Made by a program: the position numbers and the translations under genes. Source: Chrysomallon squamiferum (taxonomy: Eukaryota; Animalia; Mollusca). Taken from it: 64,000 nt of DNA. How positions within the stretch are numbered: position 1 is the stretch's first letter; each line of letters begins with the position of its first letter. Below, piece after piece: positions 14,854-28,387 of the stretch. The stretch spans positions 806,001 through 870,000 of the forward strand of contig CM022669.1 of NCBI GenBank assembly GCA_012295275.1, in the 5' to 3' direction. The notes below the pieces were generated by a model. That model did no database searches. It was not told the DNA's origin and saw only the letters and a program-made list of their open reading frames with translations.

Positions 14854-16977
14854 AATTAATAATAATAATAATAATAATAATGATGATGATGTTGATGATG
14901 ATGATAATAATAATAATAATGATGATGATGATGATGATGATGATAATAATAATAATAATAATAATAGTATGTACTATACGTCGATTCCACGAAGGTCATA
15001 TTCTAACCTGTCTGACTGCTTTTTTATTTTTAAACAAATGTTTTAATTAGTCGTTGTTGTAGAAGCAGATACAGAAGTATTTGTTGTAGGAAATAAATGC
15101 AGTCTAATTTTTTTTCGGAAAATGAAACAAAAACAAAAATAACAGAGGCCAGTAACAATGCCACAAATGATCAATAAACTGTTCAAGTATTGGATATTCT
15201 ATTTCTTAACCGAGCACTGCAAATAAGTTCTACTTTCCTTGCTTTTAAACATTTTTTTCGGTAACTTCCGTGAAATTCCGCCTACTTATCGATATTGAAT
15301 GAAAGCCGATGTCAAAAAATGAAAGAAGACTTTGATGAGATTCCGCCAGTGATTGTAATTACCAACCAAAGCAAGAAACATCACGTGTACAGGATCAGTT
15401 GTTTAAGTACAACAAACACAATCAAACCATCAAACACGAATTGAAAAAATATAATAATAATAAAAAAAAAAAAAAAAAAAAGTGAAAGAAAAAAGTGAAA
15501 GAAAAAAAGAAAGAAAGGACAAATCTTTAAATAAAATAAATGTTTTAGTTCTAACATAAAACATGCGCATCAGACTAACGTCACCATGGAAACTGTTGTC
15601 ACTGGGTGCGGACATTTGAGACGAGAGTGGACATGACACGTGCAGTTCTGTGAACGTCGCTTGAAGTAAGAATCTTTTTCTTATTGATTTCTACAAAACG
15701 TAAGTTTTTTTTCTCTCCTTTATTAAACTGCTATAACGGATTTTTAAATTTATTTTCTTCGTTTCAAACTGAACATTCCAGACGTTTTTAAAATAAAATA
15801 AGAAATTAACATTAACACTCACAAAGTTTTCATGTAGGTACAACCTAAAAGTGACTGACAAGGTTAAGATTTTCAGATAATTATTTTTTTTTTTCTTTTT
15901 TCAAAAAGTTCAGACTGACATAAACTGTTGAAACATAATTAAAAAAATATTTCAAGATTTGTTTCTAAACGACAACAACAGCAACGGCACAGAAACAGCA
16001 ATAACAACAACAACAGAAATAATAATAATAACAATAACGACAAAAATACAAGTAATAGTGAAATGATAAGAAGAAAAAAAGAAAAAAAAAACGAATTGCG
16101 AAAGACAGAAAGAAAGAAAGAATGAGAAACAGACAGAGTGAGGGAGAACGAGAGACGTACACTTTTCATTTAATTAGACACAGAACAGACAACTGATAAC
16201 AACGATTATTACAGCTGGACGATGTTCCACATTTCACGAAATTAATCTTCTTTTTATGTACATCTTCAATATGTGCAAACATAAGCAGGTGCACACACCC
16301 ACGTACCCCCACCAATCAGGCACATATACCCCCTCCACACACACACACATGTAATTTCATAAACTCCACTCTAAGAATGATTTAAAAAAAAAAAAAAAAA
16401 AAATACTTATAAAGAGAAAAATATCTATCAATCACTTTTTCTTGTTTAAATCTGTCATATAACTGATTTATGAGAGAGATGCACGCAAAGATATTGTCGT
16501 AGTTTATCATACTGTTTTTTTTAGTCCATTGTTTTAAAATGCAAACACAATGAAACCACTCGCTGGGTTTGAGTTGTGTGCAGTTGTTTTATAACACAAA
16601 GCACAGACAGTGCAGGGTTTTCACTTTTTTAAATTTCACTCAAAAACCTGTGACAATACATGACAAAACGTTTTGACGAAGTTTTCACGTCTCATAAAAC
16701 GGAAAAAAAAGATAACTCGTGTTGTGCAAAGAATCAGGTACGTTTGACGTAATTTATAATACACAAACAAAGAATAAATAAGTAAATAAGTAAGTAAGAA
16801 GGTAAGTAAGTAAGTAAGTAAATAAATAAATAGTATTGTTTGTTGTGTATGATTCAATTTTAATGTGTTAGCCCCAAAAGAAAAAGTAAATGTGCATTGT
16901 AATTTGACATTAATGATTTTTATAAAAAATCAGAATCAAAATATAAATAAATAAAAAAAAGTATTTGTATTCCTATA

Positions 16978-17018
<41 letters not shown>

Positions 17019-17220
17019 CAATAATAATAATAATAATAATAGACAATAAAACTTTGTAAAATAATTAATTTAGTGAGATTTTTCTCCTTTTTTTAATTTA
17101 AAATCAACTAATTCTTAGAAATGTTCTCTGAAAATAAAATGTATAACTACGCCAATAAACAACAGAGAAAGAAACAATACAAGATTTAATAATAAGAACA
17201 ACAACAACAATAATAAAGTA

Positions 17221-17259
<39 letters not shown>

Positions 17260-17262
17260 GTA

Positions 17263-17322
<60 letters not shown>

Positions 17323-17556
17323 GATAATAATAATAATAATAATAATAAAATCAACTAATAATAATAAAATGTATAATAATAACAGTAAAATAAGAAAACT
17401 ATTATATATAAAGTTTAATGGACAGATAAAAAGTTAAACTGACTGATTTTACATGTAGGTGTTAAAAAGAGATTTAAGATATCAGACATTACTAAGTAAC
17501 ATTTACTGATTTAAGTGTCACGTGATTTGTTCACGTGTTTGTTTTACAGTGTGAAG

Positions 17557-18492
17557 ATGAATTTCGGGAGCTCGGAGACAAACGGGACAAACAAACAGTT
17601 CCACATCGACGACGTCTCCAACACCGTTGTCAGCGTGTTTGAGATCGCCGTTATTCCTACAATCGTGTGTGGAAACATTCTCATCATTTCTGCGGTGTGC
17701 AGGTTCACGTGGCTGAGGTCCCCCAGTAACATCATGATAGCCTTTCTGGCTGGGGGCGACCTGATGATGGGGGGGTTGTACCTACCGCTGAAGCTGCTGT
17801 TCACGTACCGTGCGTACCTGTTTGACTCGCGTGCCTCGTGTCTCGCGTACATCTTCCTTTCGTACCTGTCTGTAAACAGCTGCATGTTCTTTCTGTCCAC
17901 GCTCTCGCTTGAACGTTTCTACGCAGTCCAGTTCCCCTTCCACTACCACCGCGAGGCGACGCTCGCCCGAAGCGTGCTCGGCTGTCTGGGCGTGTTCGCA
18001 CTCACGCTGGTTGTCACTCTGCCCATTCTCAGCGGAATAGACTCGTGGGCAGAGGGCAAACTCTGCTACAGCACCAACATCCTGCCCGCCTACTACGTCT
18101 GGACTTTCACACTCGTCATTTTCGTCATGCAGCTGGCGGGTTTCTTCTCTTTTCTACGAGTGCTGTACGCCGAACTTCGTCAAAAACGACGTGGTACAAA
18201 CCTGACAGAGAGCAGACGTCAAGACTCTGTGAAATCGACTCTGATGCTCGTGGTCTACGTCATCTCTCTCGTCTGCTGGATTCCAGAGTTCATCTACATC
18301 TTTGTCAGCGTGTTCAACCCGGAGCGCACGACCTTTCTAGGACTGAGGTCAGTGTCGCTGGTCGGCATCGGCAGTTCTGGCCTCAACTTCTTCGTGTACG
18401 GCTTGAAAAACAGCAAGTTCAAGAAAGCGTTCAAAGTGATGTGTGGCTGTCCACTGGATCGAAGTGTCCAGCCCGAAACCGTGACTGAGTAA
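17557..18492 (+). CDS. Class A orphan GPCR 2a, 311 aa, single coding exon
   Basis: ATG at 17557 follows acceptor TTTTACAG (ends 17549); CGNIL, LAGGD, ERFYAV, CWIP, NFFVY and FKKAF motifs; clear paralogue of GPCR1. Confidence 0.93.
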   Translation: MNFGSSETNGTNKQFHIDDVSNTVVSVFEIAVIPTIVCGNILIISAVCRFTWLRSPSNIMIAFLAGGDLMMGGLYLPLKLLFTYRAYLFDSRASCLAYIFLSYLSVNSCMFFLSTLSLERFYAVQFPFHYHREATLARSVLGCLGVFALTLVVTLPILSGIDSWAEGKLCYSTNILPAYYVWTFTLVIFVMQLAGFFSFLRVLYAELRQKRRGTNLTESRRQDSVKSTLMLVVYVISLVCWIPEFIYIFVSVFNPERTTFLGLRSVSLVGIGSSGLNFFVYGLKNSKFKKAFKVMCGCPLDRSVQPETVTE

Positions 18493-19567
18493 AACAAAAC
18501 ACTGAACAGTGTGGCGTGTTTTCACACACACGAAACACTCGTACCAGGAAAGTGAGATAGTTTGTGTAATGTTTTACTAGTCATCACGCGAGTGCACAGC
18601 GACTGTAAAGACTGATTTAAAGCAAATAACGTGAACAAATAATTAATCCTCGATCTCTGACGTCTTCGTACTAAATGTTTCAAATGTACAAATGCAGACC
18701 AACAGAGGAGATTACAGGAAAGAAACTTAATTCATAAGCAAAAACTTATGTTACGACAAAGATTAATGGATTTTAAAAACGACGCATTGCTACTGGCACT
18801 GTGCGTGATTTTCTTTCATTAACACCGACTGATGTTCTAGTTTGATCGTCTTATTTAAATCTTTATAAGTGCAACGACTTTTAAACGTAACACTGAACAA
18901 TAAAATAAACAACTGACGTTCATTTGGAAACTGTTGTATACATGTAACAATAACATCAATACACTGGTAAAAAAGATTGGCGATTACTTAAAAACAAATA
19001 CTATTTGGTCTACGACGATGCTTAATGCTTTATAAGTTGACCGATGTAAGCTCTAATTATTTGGTTTGAAGTTTAAACAATTAGCAGAACAGTAATGTAT
19101 GTTACTAATTTAATTTTCTGAGATTTTGATTTTTGCAAACATTTATTATGGATATGAAACAGACGTTGCTCCAAGCTGAAATATCAGTGAAAAACTCGTA
19201 CTTTAAATGTGCTGGTTTAATCTGGGTACAGGTGAACATTCCAAAACACGTCGAGCTGATATATTAAGTTTAATACACATTTGCTGTCAAGTTAAGACAA
19301 GACAATGATGACAAAATATAACCACAGCTGTCACCTGATAACATGATGTAATCATAGACGTCACGTGATAACATAATGTAATCATAGCTGTCACGTGCTA
19401 ACATGACATGCTTGGAATTATTCATAATTATTTCTTGTCTCTTGACTTCACAAACTTATTTCTTTCAACTAAATATAACAAATATTTCATTTTAAACATT
19501 ACATCATTGCCAGTAATGATAATAATAATAATAATAACAACAACAACAATAATAATAATAATAATAA

Positions 19568-19601
<34 letters not shown>

Positions 19602-19804
19602 GACAATAAAACTTTGTAAAATAATTAACTTAGTGAGATTTTTCTCCTTTTTTTACTTTAAAATCAACTAATTCTTAGAAATGTTCTCTGAAAATAAAAT
19701 GTATAACTACACCAATAAACAACAGAGACACAATATAAGATTTAATAATAAGAACAACAACCACAATAATAATAATAATAATAATATTAATAATAATAAT
19801 AATA

Positions 19805-19903
<99 letters not shown>

Positions 19904-20068
19904 GTAAATGAAAAACTATTATATATAAAGTTAGGACAGATAAAAGTTAAACTGACTGATTTACATGTAGGTGTTAAAAAGAGATTTAAGATATCAGACA
20001 TTACTAAGTAACATTTACTGATTTAAGTGTCACGTGATTTGTTCACGTGTTTGTTTTACAGTGTGAAG

Positions 20069-21004
20069 ATGAATTTCGGGAGCTCGGAGACAAACGGGAC
20101 AAACAAACAGTTCCACATCGACGACGTCTCCAACACCGTTGTCAGCGTGTTTGAGATCGCCGTTATTCCTACAATCGTGTGTGGAAACATTCTCATCATT
20201 TCTGCGGTGTGCAGGTTCACGTGGCTGAGGTCCCCCAGTAACATCATGATAGCCTTTCTGGCTGGGGGCGACCTGATGATGGGGGGGTTGTACCTACCGC
20301 TGAAGCTGCTGTTCACGTACCGTGCGTACCTGTTTGACTCGCGTGCCTCGTGTCTCGCCTACATCTTCCTTTCGTACCTGTCTGTAAACAGCTGCATGTT
20401 CTTTCTGTCCACGCTCTCGCTTGAACGTTTCTACGCAGTCCAGTTCCCCTTCCACTACCACCGCGAGGCGACGCTCGCCCGAAGCGTGCTCGGCTGTCTG
20501 GGCGTGTTCGCACTCACGCTGGTTGTGACTCTGCCCATTCTCAGCGGAATAGACTCGTGGGCAGAGGGCAAACTCTGCTACAGCACCAACATCCTGCCCG
20601 CCTACTACGTGTGGACTTTCACACTCGTCATCTTCGTCATGCAGCTGGCGGGTTTCTTCTCTTTTCTACGAGTGCTGTACGCCGAACTTCGTCAAAAACG
20701 ACGTGGTACAAACCTGACAGAGAGCAGACGTCAAGACTCTGTGAAATCGACTCTGATGCTCGTGGTCTACGTCATCTCTCTCGTCTGCTGGATTCCAGAG
20801 TTCATCTACATCTTTGTCAGCGTGTTCAACCCGGAGCGCACGACCTTTCTAGGACTGAGGTCAGTGTCGCTGGTCGGCATCGGCAGTTCTGGCCTCAACT
20901 TCTTCGTGTACGGCTTGAAAAACAGCAAGTTCAAGAAAGCGTTCAAAGTGATGTGTGGCTGTCCACTGGATCGAAGTGTCCAGCCCGAAACCGTGACTGA
21001 GTAA
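20069..21004 (+). CDS. Class A orphan GPCR 2b, 311 aa, protein identical to 2a
   Basis: Same translation as 17557-18492; only synonymous differences seen. Confidence 0.92.
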   Translation: MNFGSSETNGTNKQFHIDDVSNTVVSVFEIAVIPTIVCGNILIISAVCRFTWLRSPSNIMIAFLAGGDLMMGGLYLPLKLLFTYRAYLFDSRASCLAYIFLSYLSVNSCMFFLSTLSLERFYAVQFPFHYHREATLARSVLGCLGVFALTLVVTLPILSGIDSWAEGKLCYSTNILPAYYVWTFTLVIFVMQLAGFFSFLRVLYAELRQKRRGTNLTESRRQDSVKSTLMLVVYVISLVCWIPEFIYIFVSVFNPERTTFLGLRSVSLVGIGSSGLNFFVYGLKNSKFKKAFKVMCGCPLDRSVQPETVTE

Positions 21005-22167
21005 AAAAAAACACTGAACAGTGTGGCGTGTTTTCACACACACGAAACACTCGTACCAGGAAAGTGAGATAGTTTGTGTAATGTTTTACTAGTCATCACG
21101 TGAGCGTGCAGCGACTGTAAAGACTGATTTAAAGCAAACAACGTGAACAAATAATTAATCCTCGATCTCTGACGTCTTCGTACTAAATGTTTCAAATGTA
21201 CAAATGCAGACCAACAGAGGAGATTACAGGAAAGAAACTTAATTCATAATTAAAATTTAAAAAAACTTATGTTACGACAAAGATTAATGGATTTTAAAAA
21301 CGACGCATTGCTACTGGCACTGTGTGTGATTTTCTTTCATTAACACCGACTGATGTTCTCGTTTGATCGTCTTATTTAAATCTTTATAAGTGCAACGACT
21401 TTTAAACGTAACACCGAACAATAAATTAAACAACTGACGTTCATTTGGAAACTGTTGTATACATGTAACAATAACATCAATACACTGGTAAAAAAGATTG
21501 GCGATTAATTAAAAACAAATACTATTTGGTCTACGACGATGCTTATTGCTTTATAAGTTGATCGATGTAAGCACTAATTATTTGGTTTGAAATTCAAACA
21601 ATTAGCAGAACAGTAATGTATGTTACTTTGACAATTCAAATCTTTTTAAACTATTAAAAAAAGGGACAACTTACAACGCTTTAGCTGATTTTGACTTTGA
21701 ACATAACAACTGCATAACTACAACTAATTTAATTTTCTGAGATTTTGATTTTTGCAAACATTTATTATGGATATGAAACAGACGTAGCTCCAAGCTGAAA
21801 TATCAGTGAAAAAGTCCTACTTTAAATGTGCTGGTTTAATCTGGGTACAGGTGAACATTCCAAAACACGTCGAGGTGATATGTCAAGTTAAGACAAGACA
21901 ATGATGACAAAATATAACCACAGCTGTCACCTGATAACATGATGTAATCATAGCTGTCACGTGCTAATACACATGACATGCTTTGAATTATTCATAATTA
22001 TTTCTTGTCTCTTGACTTCACAAACTTATTTCTTTCAACTAAGTATGACAAATATTTCATTTTAAACATTACATCATTGCCAAAATGATAATAATAATAC
22101 AATTGTTTTTTTTCTATGTTGACTCAAGAATGTCTGCTATGAAGATGATGATGTAATAATAATAATA

Positions 22168-22201
<34 letters not shown>

Positions 22202-22347
22202 CGATGATGATGGTAGTAGTAGTAGTAGTAAAAAATAACAGAAAATAAAAACGAAATATTTATATGTAATAAAAAAAATGTCCCTGATACAACATTTACA
22301 AAGCTTATGCATATAAATGTATTTAGGTGCATTAAATAGAGACAGAC

Positions 22348-22451
<104 letters not shown>

Positions 22452-23334
22452 TAGTTCTAAAGTAATAATATAAAGACAGACTGTAACATGTAGAAGAAAT
22501 TCAGATATTTATGGGTGTGAGAGCAAAAAACACTTTATTACTGTCGTGTAGATCAGTCATCGTGTCACTTTTATAGCACCCAGAGTCCGCGTACAAACAG
22601 CTGCTCGCTACATTAGTTCAGTCGCCGAAGGGTTCCCTTTAACTGAGGAAAAAACTTCATACATACATTCAGTTAAATACTCCATATACTCAAACAAAAT
22701 ACGCACACACACATATTTGTTATATATACTGTACACACACATACATACATGCACAAACACATGAGAATGGTCATATTAATATATATACAAATACTTATAT
22801 AAACAAAAGAAAACGCTTCAAATATTAATCTAGGTTAATCGACAATTACTTCAACAGTTACCTACTTCCTACTAGTTTCTCTTTCAGTTCTAGACCAAGT
22901 AAATAACAATAAAAATCATTCTAAATTTAATATTTCTATTTATTTTCTTCTTCCCTGATTTAATGTTAGAACAACAACAAGAAACTGAATTAATTAATTA
23001 ATTAAGCCAAATATAAAGAATAACTTAATTTTAGCTATCTATAATAAAATTAACAATTGCGGAAATGACGTGGTCTTTTGTTGGTCTGTTTCTTTCCTCC
23101 GCAGTCAGAGAGCATCGTTTAAGGTGAAGCTGGTGAAAGGAGTGATTTGTCACAGACAGAGCAAGTGAAATATGTTGCGGAGAAGAAAGTAGGTGTAAAA
23201 ATAATTTAAACTGCTGTTACAGCTAATGTATATGTCAGAATGTGGTATTGTAAAAACATAGCATTTAAACAGCAATAGCAATAGCGACAGTGATAATGAC
23301 AGCAACAACAATAACAACCAATAACAACAACAAC

Positions 23335-23381
<47 letters not shown>

Positions 23382-25213
23382 TAACAACCTATATTCAGTT
23401 TTAATGGCTGTTATTATTATTATTATTATAATAAATAAATGATAAAATATACAATATAATCAACAAAAGTGAATGTTGTGACTGCACTTGAAATCATAAA
23501 AAAAAAAAAAAAAGAACTGAAATAAATACACAGTAAATAGACTAGATAGTTAGAAGGAGAGACAGACAGATAGACAGACATATGCATAGATAGATAGAGT
23601 ATATCCGTATGTGTGTGTGTGTTTTTATATATATATAGAGAGAGAGAGATAGATAGATAGATAGATAGACTTGACAGACATATATAGATAAATTAGATAG
23701 ACAGATACACAGACAGACAGATAAATAGAGAGTAGAAAGGCAAATAAGTAGGTAAGTAGGTACGTAGGTAGATAAACAGAGATCAGAGACGGACAGATAG
23801 TCAGACAGATTGACGAATAGATAAAATAAATAAAAAGGAGAGAAATAAAGAAAAGAAGAAAAAGTGGACTAGAAAAAGAAAAATGGCCTGGTTGTCAGGG
23901 ATGTTATGTCTCTGTCACTCACAAAGAGCAATAAAAACTATTTTTTTACATCCTGACCACTGAACAAGTCGCAGGTGACAAAACAGTTTGTCACTGGAGT
24001 CTTCTCACAAGACAGATGAGCGAGCTCGACAGGGAAACGTTTGCTTTCTGTGTGGGAAAATGTTTTGCTTTGACGAGAAACAACTCAAAACGTGCGGCTG
24101 GAGCAAGGTCCGGGGGAGGAAAGAACTTTCTTCTCAAAATGTGACAAAATAACGTGCAGCGCGTGGAACTACTAATTCAGCAGAGAAAAAACTTCAAAGT
24201 TGTTTTTTCTGTTCACTTATAAAAATATATAGCTGAATTTCGGTAAGATATGTGTATTCTGTAAACCAATTTCTTTTTAATTACGTGCTTAGACACACAC
24301 ACACAGACAGACAGACAGACACACAAATGCATACATCTACACAAATATACATATATTCATAAATACATACATTTTTACACATATATATATATATGCACAT
24401 ACACACAAATTGCCACATACATAGATGCATGTATGCATAGATTTGCTCAAATCAATTTCTATCTGTTTCTATCTATTTATCTATTTATTGTATAATTTCT
24501 ATTTATCTATGTTTCTATTTATTTATCTATTTATTGTATAATTTCTATTTATCTATGTTTCTATTTATTTATTGTATCTCTCTGTATCTATGTTTCTGTT
24601 TATTTATTTATTTATTGTAATTTCAATTTAGCTATGTCTCTATCTATTTATATGTGTTCATAGTATATCTATATTTCCGTGTATTTTCATTAATTAGAAG
24701 TATTACATTGCGTTACCTAGTTACGCCAGTTCACTGTGCATCAACTATTACATTGCGTTACCTAGTTACGGCAGTTCACTGTGTATCAGCTATGTTCTGT
24801 CTGCTGTTTTAAAGAGCGCGCCTACGTGACAACTGTAAAATTACCTCACAAAACAATTCGGCAGTAAATTTCCAGAACGCTTTACCTCACTAGAAACACG
24901 TAAACCACAAATGACGTATAAACATTTAATATAAACACGCTATGATGGCGTTACGTCAGCAAACACGACAATGACAATAGCTATTACGTCACAATGGCCA
25001 TAGCACGATGAATTAGGCGAAGGACTGTTTTAGCGAAAACGGTGAAGGGCGGACATTTACAGTGTGATATATTCACCACCTCTCAGTTTTAGGTTAGTAG
25101 TCCCGTTACGCATATTCTGTCAAACAGGGCGTAAATAAATTATCAAAGTTACATTTTTCACAAAGATACAATATTTCAAGCCACAATTAACCTACATTCA
25201 CTTGTAATAACCG

Positions 25214-25214
<1 letters not shown>

Positions 25215-25264
<50 letters not shown>

Positions 25265-25612
25265 TTACACCACCACTACCACTATCAATATATAATTATA
25301 CTGAACATTGGGACTGTAAGTCATTTTATTAATTTGATTTATTTTGTTTTATTTTATTTTATTTTATAGTATGTTTCTTTGTTTTTGTTAAAATACAGAT
25401 AATCATTTTATTTCTCTCTCTCTCTCACAATAAAATGCTACATAAAACGACTATTTAAATTGCATTTAGAAGGAAACAAAATGAAAGGAAAATACGAGAA
25501 ACGAAAACAGCTCAGACTATTAATTTTCATATTTTTATAGGGCGTCGACTGTATTAAATGATTTACGAGTTTATGTGAGGTGTGTGTTGTTTTATGTGTG
25601 TTGGACAAAGCT
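25215..25612. repeat. Dispersed repeat copy B, with a short (CT)n tract
   Basis: Homologous to 9023-9812, same orientation. Confidence 0.8.
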
Positions 25613-26139
25613 GTACATCTAACTTTGACTTCTTCTCATTCTTTTTACGACTTCCCCAACAATAAAATTGATAATGAAAACTAAGAAAATGACCTTTCGC
25701 AATTTTAGTTACTTTAATCTGTAAATTTAGGATAATATGTACAAATCTGATAATAAATTATTGCTATACACACAAACACATGGACACACACTCAAACACA
25801 TAAAGTCAGAAATCCTTTTCTTCTTTTCTTTCTTTCAATCATTTTTTTTTTTTTTTTTTTGTTTATATTGATCCTTATTTTAATTTTTACTTTATTCTGT
25901 TTTGTTTAAGATTTTTTTCCAACATGTGGCACTCAGCGGATTTTGACGTTGATTCAGATACAAAGGTAAGGAAAAAGCTGTAAAACTGATTACATTTACA
26001 CCACTCACTACAACAGTTTTGAAAAAATAAAATTATATTTCTCAGAATCTGAGTTTCTGTATTTATTCTTATTTAAACAAGTTCTACTACAATCTGTCCT
26101 CGATATGTAACGAAACAATTAAGAGATAAATAATAAAAA

Positions 26140-26173
<34 letters not shown>

Positions 26174-26308
26174 TTATATGGATGAAGAAATGCTTTATCT
26201 TTCAAACTTTAAACAGAATGAACCAAAGGTTAATTTCAGCCTTTATCTTGTGTTTGAATTCCAAAATACGAAGAATATGTATATTTTTAATTATTTTAAT
26301 TCTTACAG

Positions 26309-26339
26309 ACGAAGTGTCACAAACAGTAATTTCAGGATG
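26309..26339 (+). other. CHS: Candidate CHS exon whose only coding content is the start ATG
   Basis: TCTTACAG|...CAGGATG|GTAAAA; phase 0 fits the next exon. Confidence 0.5.
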
Positions 26340-28337
26340 GTAAAATAATAGTAACAACTGTCGTTATCATAATAAAGATTTGAAATTTGGATTTTTTAAA
26401 ATGTAATAATGTCGATGAATTCTGTATGGGCTGGCATGTCTAGAGATTGTGTGAAAATAGTTTGGTATGAATGGAACACTTTTTTACTACATTTGCGCTC
26501 TTTCCTGTCAACAACTTTAAAATGCACATTGAGACGTCAACACAGGTGGATAATATCAATTTATCAAATTCACGTAAACGCCTCTAGCAAAAACACGCCA
26601 TATATTCAATGAACCAATATCCTTTTTCAATTAAACAGCTATTTAAAACACTTACGTGTCCACATTTCAATTCATAACAGGAAAAGTTAAGTAAAATTAC
26701 ACGCGTTGAGTAATAATCTGCCTTCAGGTCACAGAACGGGACAGCGGACAGCCAGCCTCGTTTTCAAGCACCAGCACACGAAATGACTCACTCGGTGTGG
26801 AGCTGTATTTATCTCAGCCCCACTCCCTCGACAGCGGACACGCGTCCCACAGCAGAAGCTCACCTACAGAAACCTGCCTGAAAAGATTCTCAGTTCCAAA
26901 TCTGCTCGCCTATAACAAAATCAACTCTGATAAAACTGGTCACAGAAGATTCACGGTCGGCGACATTGTCCCCAGTCGCACGAATCAACCAATGGAGAAG
27001 CAGCATCGCAGTTTCCTCCAAGTTCCAAAGAGCACCAACAGCAGACGACCGTCCTTGGCGAACGCGCTGGACGATGATTTCCACGAGAGTGTCTCGATGA
27101 CTGGGGTGAACGTCCAGAACGGGATAAACGAATGTCTGGAGAGGAAAGGCGGCGGCAGCAGCAACAGCAGCTGTCACAGCAGCATTCCGCATTCGACAGA
27201 CGACAGCCACAGTTTAGGAACAACTGTCGAGATAGAAGAAGACGAAGATGAAGACGACAGCTGGTACTTTATTTATTTACTTATTTAGTTATTTACTTAC
27301 TTACTTACTTATTTATTTATTTACTTATTTACTTATTTATTTATTTACTTATTTACGTATTTATTTATTTACTTATTTACGTATTTATTTATTTATTTAC
27401 TTATTTATTTACTTATTTATTTACTTACTTATTTACTTATTTATTTATTTACTTATTTATTTACTTATTTATTTATTTACTTATATATTTAATTACTTAT
27501 TTATTTATTTGTTTATATATTCATTTCAGAAAATAGCATACGTACACACAAATATTAGTTGAGTTAAGAAAATGACCAAAGAAACGAAACCACTATTAAA
27601 TAACACAAGAAAATGATAAATAAATAAATAAATAAATAAATATAACAACAATAATAACTTATAATAACAATGATGATGATGATGATGATAATAATAATAA
27701 TAATAATAAATTCAAAAAATAATATTAAGAAGAAGAAAATAAAAAAAATATAAATATAATAATAAATACAAAAAGAACAATAACAACAAGGAAACTTGGG
27801 ATTGTCTGTACTTGTTGAACTCTGCTATTAATGATGTACATAAAACGTGCAGTTTCGTCTGTTAATCGACACGGTTCAGTGAATTTTCATATGTGCTATA
27901 AACATTCCTCTACTTAAAACTTTCTTCACGTTGTTATTATGTAAAATCAGTAATTACTGTCATGTTTTAATATCGTTGTGTTTTACTGTTATTACTGTTG
28001 TTATTCTACAAGTTTATCGTTTATATTAATTAACTTACTTTTGTTATTTATTATTATTTTTTTTAAATTATTATTAGTATTTACAGTAAGAATCAGTGTG
28101 TTAGATTGTCATATTCTGTAGACTCCTAGTACTACACATGTAATTAATGTCTTACTTTCTCTGTATTTTGTCTTGTTCCTTCTGTTCACGTTGGTCCTTC
28201 AGAATGTTAGACTACAAAGATACGTGATCTGAAAACCTGTCTAATCACTTGATTAGCGGCTTATTGTAAAACTAAAGTTATTTCTGGTATCATTATTTCA
28301 GCATTACTGGCATGTATATATATATTTCTATATCTAC

Positions 28338-28387
<50 letters not shown>

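Larger units (their letters stand above)
16978..22098 (+). repeat. Tandem segmental duplication, two ~2.55-kb units each carrying a GPCR exon
   Basis: 17041-19512 is colinear with 19601-22082; (AAT)n tracts at all three junctions. Confidence 0.95.

Noticed and set aside
17515-17556. GTG-initiated N-terminal extension of GPCR 2a (and 20027-20068 for 2b)
   Set aside because: It spans a splice acceptor; a eukaryotic ATG start at 17557/20069 is more plausible and matches the length of GPCR1.
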